Assembly: GCF_012571345.1 (NCBI RefSeq)
Contig: NZ_CP046218.1
Location: forward strand, 403,912-412,931
Source: Candidatus Saccharimonadota bacterium
GTDB taxonomy: Bacteria; Pseudomonadota; Gammaproteobacteria; Enterobacterales; Enterobacteriaceae
Reading direction: 5' to 3'
DNA length: 9,020 bases
Each line of letters opens with the position of its first letter. Position 1 is the stretch's first letter. The notes beneath the pieces were generated by a model. It saw nothing but the letters and a program-made list of their open reading frames with translations. It was not told where the DNA came from and searched no databases. Position numbers and translations under genes: made by a program. Shown here piece after piece: positions 1-7,012 of this stretch.

Positions 1-253
1 TCTTAAAAAATTATCATTATAAATCATTACATTACTAATAAACGAAACAATTATATTGTTATTATTAATAACAATTCATCAATTCTTTTTATGTTTTAAA
101 AAACAATCTGATTACTTAATTAATATTAAGTACATTGTAATGTATATTTTAAAAAATAAGAATAATATCATATTATGAAAAAAATATATAATATAAATAA
201 AATATCTATTTATATTGAAGAAAATATATTCTTCTATTTATTGAGATTATTAT

Positions 254-2071
254 ATGGAGAAAATACGTAATATAGCTATATTAGCACATGTAGATCACGG
301 TAAAACTACATTAATTGATAAATTATTAGAAGAATCTGATTCAGATCATGTTCATAAATCCATATTTCAAACTAATAAAACACGTAAAATGGATACGAAT
401 GTTTTAGAACAAGAAAAAGGAATAACTATTATTTCTAAACAAACTGCCATATTATGGCATAATTATACTATCAATATAATTGATACACCAGGACATGCAG
501 ATTTAAGTTCTGAAGTAGAACGCATTTTATCTATGGTTGATGCATTTTTATTAGTAGTTGATGCTGTAGAAGGACCCATGCCCCAAACTACGTTTGTAAC
601 TAAAAAAGCTTTAGAATATAAACTACAACCTATTATAATTATAAATAAAATTGATAGAAATACACATAGATCTAAATGGGTGCTAGAACAAATATTTGAT
701 TTATTTATTACTTTAGATATTACTGAACAACAGTTAGATTTCCCAATTATTTATACATCTGCTATGAAAGGTATGTCAGGATATGATTTACATAATATTA
801 AAAATAATATGAATGCATTATATGAAACAATTATTAAATATACACCTGTACCTAAAGTTAATATATATGGTCCATTACAAATGCAGATTTCACAAATAAT
901 ACGTGATAAGTATTTAGGTAATATTTGTATTGGTTTGATTAAACGAGGTATAATAAAAGTTAATGAATTTGTTTCTGTTGTAAGAGAACAAAAACAAAAA
1001 AAAGTAATTAAAGTATTATCTATAATACAGAACATAGGTTTAAAACAATATTATTTTAATCACATGTCTGCAGGTAATATTATTGGGATTTCTGGAATAG
1101 GTTTAGAAAATATTAATATTTTTGATACTATATGTGATAAAAATTATCATGAATCATTACCTTTATTAACAATTGATGCTCCAAAAATTAATATGTATTT
1201 TCATATTAATAATTCACCTTTAGCTGGTACAGAAGGAAAGCATATAACTTATATAAAATTATTTAAAAGAATATATCAAGAATGTTTATATAATATAGCA
1301 TTAAATATAAAAACTACAGCACAAAATAATATTATTAATATATCATCAAGAGGTATATTGCAATTATTAATTCTTTTAGAAAATATTCGTAGAGAAGGTT
1401 ATGAATTATTAGTATCAAAACCACAAATTATTGAACATATTAAAAATGGCAATATAGTAGAACCATTTGAATTATTAATTATAGATATACCACAAAATAT
1501 AAAAGGTAAATTAATTGCTTTTATTAGTATAAAAGGAGCCATTATTAATAATATTACTTTAAAAAAATCAGATAATAGAGTAATAATTGAAAGTATTATA
1601 TCAAGTAGAGCTTTAATGGGATTTAGAACAGAGTTTTTAAATATAACTTCTGGTACTGGTATAATGAATTCTCTTTTTAGTCATTATGATAAGAAAAAAC
1701 ATAATTTTAGTAATAAAAGAAATCATGGAGTACTTATTTCTTGTTGTGCAGGATATGCTATTGCTTTTGCATTATCTCGTTTACAATCTAGAGGAATTTT
1801 ATTTGTAAAACCTGGTGATAAAATATATGAAGGTCAAATTGTTGGTATACATAGTAAGATTAATGATTTAATTGTTAATTGTACAAATAATAAAAAACTA
1901 ACAAATATGAGAGCTGCAGGCAAAGACAATAAAATTCCACTCATACCTAACAAAAAAATATCTATGGAATTTGCTATAGATTTTATTAATGACGATGAAT
2001 TAATAGAAATTACACCTCAATCAATTAGATTAAGAAAAAAAATATTAAAAACATATAAAAATATTATCTAA
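254..2071 (+). CDS. typA: Translational GTPase TypA/BipA (605 aa)
   Basis: The full-length ORF is collinear with E. coli BipA as I recall it (607 aa). GTPase motifs are intact: G1 AHVDHGKT, G3 DTPGH, G4 NKID. The C-terminal block DDELIEITPQSIRLRKK is BipA-like. TAA stop. Confidence 0.93.
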   Translation: MEKIRNIAILAHVDHGKTTLIDKLLEESDSDHVHKSIFQTNKTRKMDTNVLEQEKGITIISKQTAILWHNYTINIIDTPGHADLSSEVERILSMVDAFLLVVDAVEGPMPQTTFVTKKALEYKLQPIIIINKIDRNTHRSKWVLEQIFDLFITLDITEQQLDFPIIYTSAMKGMSGYDLHNIKNNMNALYETIIKYTPVPKVNIYGPLQMQISQIIRDKYLGNICIGLIKRGIIKVNEFVSVVREQKQKKVIKVLSIIQNIGLKQYYFNHMSAGNIIGISGIGLENINIFDTICDKNYHESLPLLTIDAPKINMYFHINNSPLAGTEGKHITYIKLFKRIYQECLYNIALNIKTTAQNNIINISSRGILQLLILLENIRREGYELLVSKPQIIEHIKNGNIVEPFELLIIDIPQNIKGKLIAFISIKGAIINNITLKKSDNRVIIESIISSRALMGFRTEFLNITSGTGIMNSLFSHYDKKKHNFSNKRNHGVLISCCAGYAIAFALSRLQSRGILFVKPGDKIYEGQIVGIHSKINDLIVNCTNNKKLTNMRAAGKDNKIPLIPNKKISMEFAIDFINDDELIEITPQSIRLRKKILKTYKNII

Positions 2072-2103
2072 TTTAAAATTTAACTCATATAATATTTTTC
2101 TTA

Positions 2104-2459
2104 TGGAGCTGGGGGGATTCGAACCCCCGTCCAAAAATACTATACTTTCCGAAACTACATGTTTAGTTTCATCATTATATTTAATATTATAAACTGATGA
2201 ACAAAGTTATATAATATCTTAGTCTATATTTTTAATATATAATACTAGACATACTATATACGATCTCTTTTATTATATGACCTATATATTTATTTTAAAG
2301 AGCTAATAATAAACTATAGGACTTTTACAGTGTTTAAGCTGCTAAAGCGTAGTTGTTATTTTTTGCATTTATAATTATACAGTTTTTTTACAAGGCCTAC
2401 TGTATTCCTTGACATGCTCTTCAAGCTTCATAATTTTGTCGAATCCATAAATCAGCCCC
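2104..2459 (-). ncRNA. ssrA: tmRNA (SsrA), about 356 nt including discriminator A; 3' CCA not encoded
   Basis: The reverse complement begins GGGGCTGATTTATGGATTCGAC and ends GGACGGGGGTTCGAATCCCCCCAGCTCC-A. This is the canonical tmRNA tRNA-like domain: a 7-bp acceptor stem with a G3:U pair and a T arm GGGGG-TTCGAAT-CCCCC. An internal tag frame is present. The gene lies directly downstream of smpB on the same strand, as in E. coli. Confidence 0.93.
2334..2366 (-). other. tmRNA tag reading frame encoding AKNNNYALAA plus stop
   Basis: The minus strand reads GCA AAA AAT AAC AAC TAC GCT TTA GCA GCT TAA. It has a GCA resume codon and the conserved YALAA terminus (E. coli tag is ANDENYALAA). Confidence 0.88.
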
Positions 2460-2467
2460 TAACGATT

Positions 2468-2496
2468 ATTATATAATATATCTTTATTTTTGTATA
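2468..2496 (-). promoter_or_regulatory. Candidate sigma70-type promoter for ssrA (TATACA-N17-TATAAT)
   Basis: On the minus strand TATAAT sits at 2473..2468, 8 nt upstream of the mature tmRNA 5' G at 2459. TATACA sits at 2496..2491, giving a 17-nt spacer. The site overlaps the smpB stop codon. Such hexamers arise easily by chance in sequence this AT-rich. Confidence 0.25.
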
Positions 2497-2948
2497 TATT
2501 TTTTTTGTATACGTAATTTATTAATATTCCATTCTTTATATTTTAATAAGTTTCTTTTATCAATTTTATGTTTTCCTCTAGCAAGAGCGACATTAGTTTT
2601 ACAAAAAGATTTATGCCAATATAAACTAATTAATACAACAGTTAAATGTTGTTTATTTACGTAATTTTTTATGAGTTCTATTTCTTTAGTGTGTAATAAT
2701 AATTCTCTTTTACGATTAATAATATATTGATTATGATTACAACTAGTAATTAAAGGAGTAATATATGTATTAATTAAATAAATTTTATTATTTATAATAT
2801 TTACATAACTATTATTGATAGTAATTTGATGTGCACGTAAAGATTTTACTTCCCAACCTTGTAAAATTATACCAGTCTCTATATTTTTTTGAATAAAAAA
2901 ATTATGGTAAATTTTTTTATTCAAAATAATAATTTTTTTTTTATTCAT
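2484..2948 (-). CDS. smpB: SsrA-binding protein SmpB (154 aa)
   Basis: Collinear with E. coli SmpB (160 aa). Conserved blocks include GIILQGWEVKSLR, RKRELLLH, SLYW and ARGK. It sits immediately upstream of ssrA. Confidence 0.93.
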   Translation of the reverse strand: MNKKKIIILNKKIYHNFFIQKNIETGIILQGWEVKSLRAHQITINNSYVNIINNKIYLINTYITPLITSCNHNQYIINRKRELLLHTKEIELIKNYVNKQHLTVVLISLYWHKSFCKTNVALARGKHKIDKRNLLKYKEWNINKLRIQKKYIQK

Positions 2949-3122
2949 ATTAATAATATGACTTATATAAACTAATATTATTCATTATAATATATATTAT
3001 AAGTATAATATATAATAATATTATTGTACAGTTAAAGTATTTATTATTATAAATATAATACGTATATTTTTATATAACTATAAAATAGTTATAGTAATAT
3101 TACTATTTAGTAAATGTTTTTT

Positions 3123-3126
3123 GGAG
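3123..3126 (+). promoter_or_regulatory. Shine-Dalgarno GGAG for grpE
   Basis: GGAG lies 6 nt upstream of the ATG at 3133. It falls inside the TTG-started extension offered by the ORF track, which supports 3133 as the true start. Confidence 0.55.
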
Positions 3127-3132
3127 TATAAT

Positions 3133-3912
3133 ATGAAAGATATTAATTTAAATCATACCATTTTTAAGAATTCTATAACATCAATATGTAACAGAAATAG
3201 CATGAATCATAATGATGAAACACAACAAGAACCAGCAACAACATCGTCTACTAATCATAATGATGAAACACAACAAGAACCAGCAACAACATCGTCTACT
3301 AATCATAATGATGAAACACAACAAGAACCAGCAACAACATCGTCTACTAATCATAATGATGAAACACAACAAGAACCAGCAACAACATCGTCTACTAATC
3401 ATAATGATGAAACACAACAAGAATTAAAAAATCAACATGAGCAAGATCAATTTAAAATATTATTTTTACAAAATCAAATACAAGAATTAGAAAAAAAAAA
3501 TATTCATAATAAATTAAGGGCACAAGCAGAAATAGATAATATAAAAAAAAGATCTATTTTAGATATGGAAAAAACATATAAATTTTCATTAGAAAAAATC
3601 ATTATAGAATTATTACCTATTATAGATACTTTAGAAAGAGCTATTATTTTAGAAAAAAATAATTGTTCATCTAAAATGATTGAAGGCATAGCTTTAACAT
3701 TAAAATTATTTATAAAAACAATTAGTAAATTTGGCGTCATGATTATTAATGAAACTAATGTACCATTTGATCCATTAAAACATCAAGCCATGTCAATTGT
3801 AAATACTAATAATATACAAGAAAATTATGTTATAGAAATTATGCAAAAAGGATATATGTTACATGGCAGATTATTAAGACCGGCTATGGTAAGTATAGTA
3901 CAAAAAAAATAA
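3133..3912 (+). CDS. grpE: Nucleotide exchange factor GrpE (259 aa) with repeat-expanded N-terminal tail
   Basis: The C-terminal two thirds are collinear with E. coli GrpE: ELLPIIDTLERA, IEGIALTLK, FGV..I.ETNVPFDP..HQAM, IMQKGY.L.GR.LRPAMV. I chose the ATG at 3133 (GGAG at -10..-7) over the track's TTG at 3121. The N-terminus contains the 48-bp repeat array. Confidence 0.9.
   Translation: MKDINLNHTIFKNSITSICNRNSMNHNDETQQEPATTSSTNHNDETQQEPATTSSTNHNDETQQEPATTSSTNHNDETQQEPATTSSTNHNDETQQELKNQHEQDQFKILFLQNQIQELEKKNIHNKLRAQAEIDNIKKRSILDMEKTYKFSLEKIIIELLPIIDTLERAIILEKNNCSSKMIEGIALTLKLFIKTISKFGVMIINETNVPFDPLKHQAMSIVNTNNIQENYVIEIMQKGYMLHGRLLRPAMVSIVQKK
3205..3423 (+). repeat. Perfect 48-bp tandem repeat: 4 full copies plus a 27-bp partial fifth, in frame in grpE
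   Basis: The unit is AATCATAATGATGAAACACAACAAGAACCAGCAACAACATCGTCTACT. Copies start at 3205, 3253, 3301, 3349 and 3397 (partial, ending 3423) with no mismatches visible. Each unit encodes NHNDETQQEPATTSST. Confidence 0.97.
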
Positions 3913-3982
3913 TATAAATTATATTCAATGTGTCGCAATATATTGGTTTATTCGCATAAATTACATTATAAAAGATTTAATA

Positions 3983-3987
3983 AAGGA
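3983..3987 (+). promoter_or_regulatory. Shine-Dalgarno AAGGA for rpmB
   Basis: AAGGA lies 7 nt upstream of the ATG at 3995. Confidence 0.5.
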
Positions 3988-3994
3988 ATAATAT

Positions 3995-4207
3995 ATGTCT
4001 AGAATATGTTTTATAACAGGTAAAAAAACTATGAAAGGCCATAATCGTTCTCATGCTATGAATGCAACTAAAAGAAAATTTCTCCCTAATTTACATTATC
4101 ATAAATTTTGGGTTCAAAAATATAATAAATTTATTAAATTACGTATTTCTGCTAAAGGATTACGTCTGATTAATAAAAAAGGTATTGAATCTATATTAAA
4201 TATATAG
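3995..4207 (+). CDS. rpmB: 50S ribosomal protein L28 (70 aa)
   Basis: [11 protein letters not shown]...[24 protein letters not shown]......[18 protein letters not shown] is collinear with E. coli L28 (78 aa). The C-terminus is a few residues shorter. TAG stop. Confidence 0.93.
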   Translation: MSRICFITGKKTMKGHNRSHAMNATKRKFLPNLHYHKFWVQKYNKFIKLRISAKGLRLINKKGIESILNI

Positions 4208-4246
4208 ATTATTATATATAAAATATTAAGGATGAAATCTTAATTT

Positions 4247-4414
4247 ATGTCAAAACGTTCTAGAGTTATTATCAAATTATCTTCTACTGCGGGTACCGGA
4301 CATTTTTACACAACAACAAAAAATAAAAAAAATTATTTAAAAAAAATTCATATAAAGAAATTTGATCCTAGAATAAGGAAACATGTTATGTATAAAGAGG
4401 CTAAAATTAGATAA
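4247..4414 (+). CDS. rpmG: 50S ribosomal protein L33 (55 aa)
   Basis: Not in the ORF track. My own translation gives [55 protein letters not shown]. It matches the E. coli L33 blocks [19 protein letters not shown] and RKFDPVVRQHVIYKEAKIK. It lies 39 nt downstream of rpmB, the conserved rpmB-rpmG operon arrangement. Confidence 0.9.
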   Translation: MSKRSRVIIKLSSTAGTGHFYTTTKNKKNYLKKIHIKKFDPRIRKHVMYKEAKIR

Positions 4415-4469
4415 AAATTATTTGAATATTTAATTTTATTAGTAGGTGTAACACCATAATGTATTTTTT

Positions 4470-4513
4470 TCATCAATAATGTTATTACTTACAAGTAATA
4501 ACATTATTGATGA
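4470..4513. repeat. Perfect inverted repeat (21-nt arms, 2-nt centre) between convergent rpmG and rpmE; possible transcript-end hairpin
   Basis: TCATCAATAATGTTATTACTT (4470..4490), AC, then AAGTAATAACATTATTGATGA (4493..4513). The arms are exact reverse complements, checked base by base. The repeat sits about 55 nt from each flanking stop codon. A T7 run lies on its left side only, which is the wrong polarity for a canonical intrinsic terminator in either direction. Confidence 0.6.
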
Positions 4514-4565
4514 TGTTAATAATAAATAATTAATACATAATATAAATAACATATATTTATATTTG

Positions 4566-4775
4566 CTAAAATGTAAGATTCTTAAATCTTCTATTAAATA
4601 GTTCAACACGTCCTTTAATATCAATTATTTTTTGTTTACCTGTATAAAATGGATGACACATGTTACAAACATCTAAATGTAATTTTTTATTTAAAGTTGA
4701 TTTAGTATGAATAATATTACCACAAGAACATTGTGCAATAATATTATTATATTGAGGATGAATGTTTTGTTTCAT
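4566..4775 (-). CDS. rpmE: 50S ribosomal protein L31 (69 aa), zinc-ribbon (four-Cys) type
   Basis: MKQNIHPQY....A.CSCGN......ST....[14 protein letters not shown].....GRV..FN.RF is collinear with E. coli L31. Cys16, Cys18, Cys37 and Cys40 are retained. It is divergent from priA, as in E. coli. Confidence 0.93.
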   Translation of the reverse strand: MKQNIHPQYNNIIAQCSCGNIIHTKSTLNKKLHLDVCNMCHPFYTGKQKIIDIKGRVELFNRRFKNLTF

Positions 4776-4861
4776 ATCAAGTTTCTAATATATAAATATA
4801 TCATATATACAAAAATATTATTGAAATTACAAGTGTATTATTAAAATAAAATAATAAAATT

Positions 4862-7012
4862 ATGAAAATTATTAAAGTAGTTTTTAATAGTGTTAAATTA
4901 TACAAACCATATCATTATTTATTACCTGATGATGTTATAGTAAATATTGGGTGTAGAGTCGTAGTACCTATTAAAAACAAAAAATATATAGGAATAGTAA
5001 TACATAATGATAATAATACTCATATTGATATAAATCAATTAAGATATATTGATCAAGTTATAGACAAAAAATCATTTTTTAATAAAAATATTTGGAAATT
5101 AGCAAAACAAATTTCTTCATATTATCAATATTCTTTTGGTAAAATTTTATTTAAAATATTAAATTATTGGATAGTTACAAATACAGATAATAATATTACT
5201 GATAATAAGGCATGGTTATTAAACCATAAAATTGTAACTTCTGAACTGATACAATCAGTAAAAAATCATGAACAAAAAATTGCACTAATTTTATTACAAA
5301 AACAACATATATTGTATAATCAAATTATATATTATGGATTAAATAATCGCATTATGTTTGCTTTAAAAAAAAAAGGATGGTGTTTTTTACATAAAACTAA
5401 TATACCTTTAGATTGTATGCAAAAAAATAATATATTTATAGAACAAAATAAAAAATACATACATTATACAAAAAGTTATACTTTTAATATATGGACATTA
5501 AATAGTAGTTTATTATATTTTAATGAAATAATATTATATATGTCATATATTAAAAATATCTTATTATATAAAAAACAAATATTAGTTATTGTCCCTAAAA
5601 AAGAATATATTTTTAATTTATATAAATATTTTATAAAAATATTTAATGTAAATATATGTTTATTTTATTCAACATTACCTGCTAAACAAAAAAAAAACAT
5701 ATTATATAATATTCAACAGGGTAATCAAGCTATTATAATAGCTACGCCATCATCTATTTTTATAAAATTTTATCAATTAGGATTAATAATTATTACAGAA
5801 GAACATGAGTATACTTATAAACAAATGTATAATTGCAAATATAATTTTAAACATATAGCAATATTCAGAGCTAAAATAGAAAATATTCCTATTTGTTTAT
5901 GTTCTAAAACATTTTGTTTAGAAACTATATATAATATCAATAATGGTAAATACAGGATTTTATATAAAATTAATAATATTTATGATAATTTTTTGGTTCA
6001 TATTATTAATCTTGAAAATACAATTTCAAAACATGGCATTTCCAAAAAATTATTAAATATTATTAATTTACATATTCAAAAACAAGAACAAATTATATTA
6101 TATTGTACTCATAAAGGATATGCACAAACAGTATTATGTAATATATGTAAACAAACTATTAAATGTACAATATGCTGTAATAACTATATTTTTTATAAAA
6201 AACAATATCAATTATATTGTAAAAATTGTAAACATACTATTAAAATGTTTAATACATGTCCTTATTGCCAAACATCAAATTATTTAGTTCCCATAGGTTC
6301 GGGTATAGAACAAATTACTGAATTTTTTAAAAATTTATTTCCTAATATATATGTATTATGTATTACTAGATATAATTTAATTCAACAGAATACATTAGTT
6401 ATTTATAATAAACCTATGATTATTATCACGTCTAAAATATTATATAAACGATATTTTTATTTTACAAATAATACATTATTATTATTTTTACATACTGATT
6501 ATATTTTTTTTTCCAATCATTTTCGTACTATAGAATATTTTTCCCAATACTTATTTAATATCTTAAATAATCATTTTAACAAAAATATTAATAAAACTGT
6601 TATTTTACAGACAAATTATTATCAACATATATTTTTTTATATTATGCTTAATAAAAATAAATATTTTTGTTTAATAAAAATGCTTTTGCAAGAAAGAAAA
6701 ACTATGTTATTACCACCGTATAGTTATCAAATTATTATTATTTTTGAAACATATAAAAAAAATATTTTATCAAATTATATCTTATCCTTGATAAAACGTT
6801 TGGTATATATTACAAAAAATGATACAAATTTGTTAATTATTGGACCCATTAATTTACAAAAAAGTTATAAAAAAATATTTTGTAAAAAAATAATTTTGCA
6901 ACACACTAGTAAAATAACATTAAAAAAAATTAAGCAAAATATTTTATTTGTAACTCAAACAATAAAAGATTTTAATTTTATTAAAATAATTATTGATGTA
7001 GATCCTATTTAA
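4862..7012 (+). CDS. priA: Primosomal protein N' (PriA) homolog, 716 aa, with degenerate helicase catalytic motifs
   Basis: Collinear with E. coli PriA (732 aa) from the N-terminus (Y.YLLP......GCRV.VP) to the C-terminus (LLPPY, ILQH, DVDPI). It keeps the eight-Cys zinc region (CNICKQTIKCTICC...CKNCKH...CPYCQ). Divergent rpmE-priA synteny is conserved. Walker A, the Walker B Asp and the motif VI arginines are not recognisable (see findings). Confidence 0.85.
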   Translation: MKIIKVVFNSVKLYKPYHYLLPDDVIVNIGCRVVVPIKNKKYIGIVIHNDNNTHIDINQLRYIDQVIDKKSFFNKNIWKLAKQISSYYQYSFGKILFKILNYWIVTNTDNNITDNKAWLLNHKIVTSELIQSVKNHEQKIALILLQKQHILYNQIIYYGLNNRIMFALKKKGWCFLHKTNIPLDCMQKNNIFIEQNKKYIHYTKSYTFNIWTLNSSLLYFNEIILYMSYIKNILLYKKQILVIVPKKEYIFNLYKYFIKIFNVNICLFYSTLPAKQKKNILYNIQQGNQAIIIATPSSIFIKFYQLGLIIITEEHEYTYKQMYNCKYNFKHIAIFRAKIENIPICLCSKTFCLETIYNINNGKYRILYKINNIYDNFLVHIINLENTISKHGISKKLLNIINLHIQKQEQIILYCTHKGYAQTVLCNICKQTIKCTICCNNYIFYKKQYQLYCKNCKHTIKMFNTCPYCQTSNYLVPIGSGIEQITEFFKNLFPNIYVLCITRYNLIQQNTLVIYNKPMIIITSKILYKRYFYFTNNTLLLFLHTDYIFFSNHFRTIEYFSQYLFNILNNHFNKNINKTVILQTNYYQHIFFYIMLNKNKYFCLIKMLLQERKTMLLPPYSYQIIIIFETYKKNILSNYILSLIKRLVYITKNDTNLLIIGPINLQKSYKKIFCKKIILQHTSKITLKKIKQNILFVTQTIKDFNFIKIIIDVDPI

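Noticed and set aside
175-270. 31-codon ORF (MKKIYNINKISIYIEENIFFYLLRLLYGENT) upstream of and overlapping the typA start, considered as a leader peptide. A 6-bp-stem palindrome GAAGAA-N6-TTCTTC lies at 216..233.
   Set aside because: There is no Shine-Dalgarno, the composition simply reflects AT-rich DNA, and short ORFs and 6-bp palindromes of this kind are expected by chance. Nothing ties it to typA regulation.
751-1035. 94-aa ORF antisense to typA.
   Set aside because: It lies wholly inside, and antisense to, a strongly conserved gene. The product is hydrophobic and low-complexity with no recognisable motif, typical of a shadow ORF.
2072-2140. Possibility of a genomic island or prophage integrated at the ssrA 3' end, a classic integration hotspot (occupied by CP4-57 in E. 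coli).
   Set aside because: Only 32 bp separate the tmRNA 3' end from the typA stop codon. There is no integrase and no duplicated copy of the ssrA 3' segment (att-like repeat) anywhere in the window.
3024-3053. Sigma70-like TTGTAC-N17/18-TTATAA/TATAAA upstream of grpE, and a similar TTGGTT-N17/18-TTATAA/TATAAA at 3943..3972 upstream of rpmB.
   Set aside because: TATAAT-like hexamers occur every few bases in this composition, so these matches have almost no predictive value without 5'-end mapping. I also looked for a sigma32 heat-shock promoter (CTTGAA...CCCCAT) upstream of grpE and found none; the spacer contains no C-run at all.
3121-3132. TTG start for grpE proposed by the ORF track (MEYN extension).
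   Set aside because: The extension would consume the GGAG Shine-Dalgarno at 3123..3126, which is ideally spaced for the ATG at 3133.
3181-3427. Two ORFs from the track inside the grpE repeat array: 3212..3427 (+), MMKHNKNQQQHRLLII periodic, and 3181..3420 (-), CFIIMISRRCCCWFLL periodic.
   Set aside because: Both are by-products of a 48-bp repeat (a multiple of 3) that happens to lack stop codons in other frames. Their periodic products mirror the repeat. The grpE frame is the only one continuous with a conserved protein.
3504-3740. 78-aa ORF antisense to grpE.
   Set aside because: Shadow ORF inside the conserved GrpE core; no motif and no ribosome-binding site.
4439-4624. 61-aa ORF (-) spanning the rpmG/rpmE intergenic palindrome and overlapping the rpmE 3' end.
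   Set aside because: It overlaps rpmE out of frame and runs through the inverted repeat. The product is Leu/Ile-rich low complexity, so it is most likely spurious.
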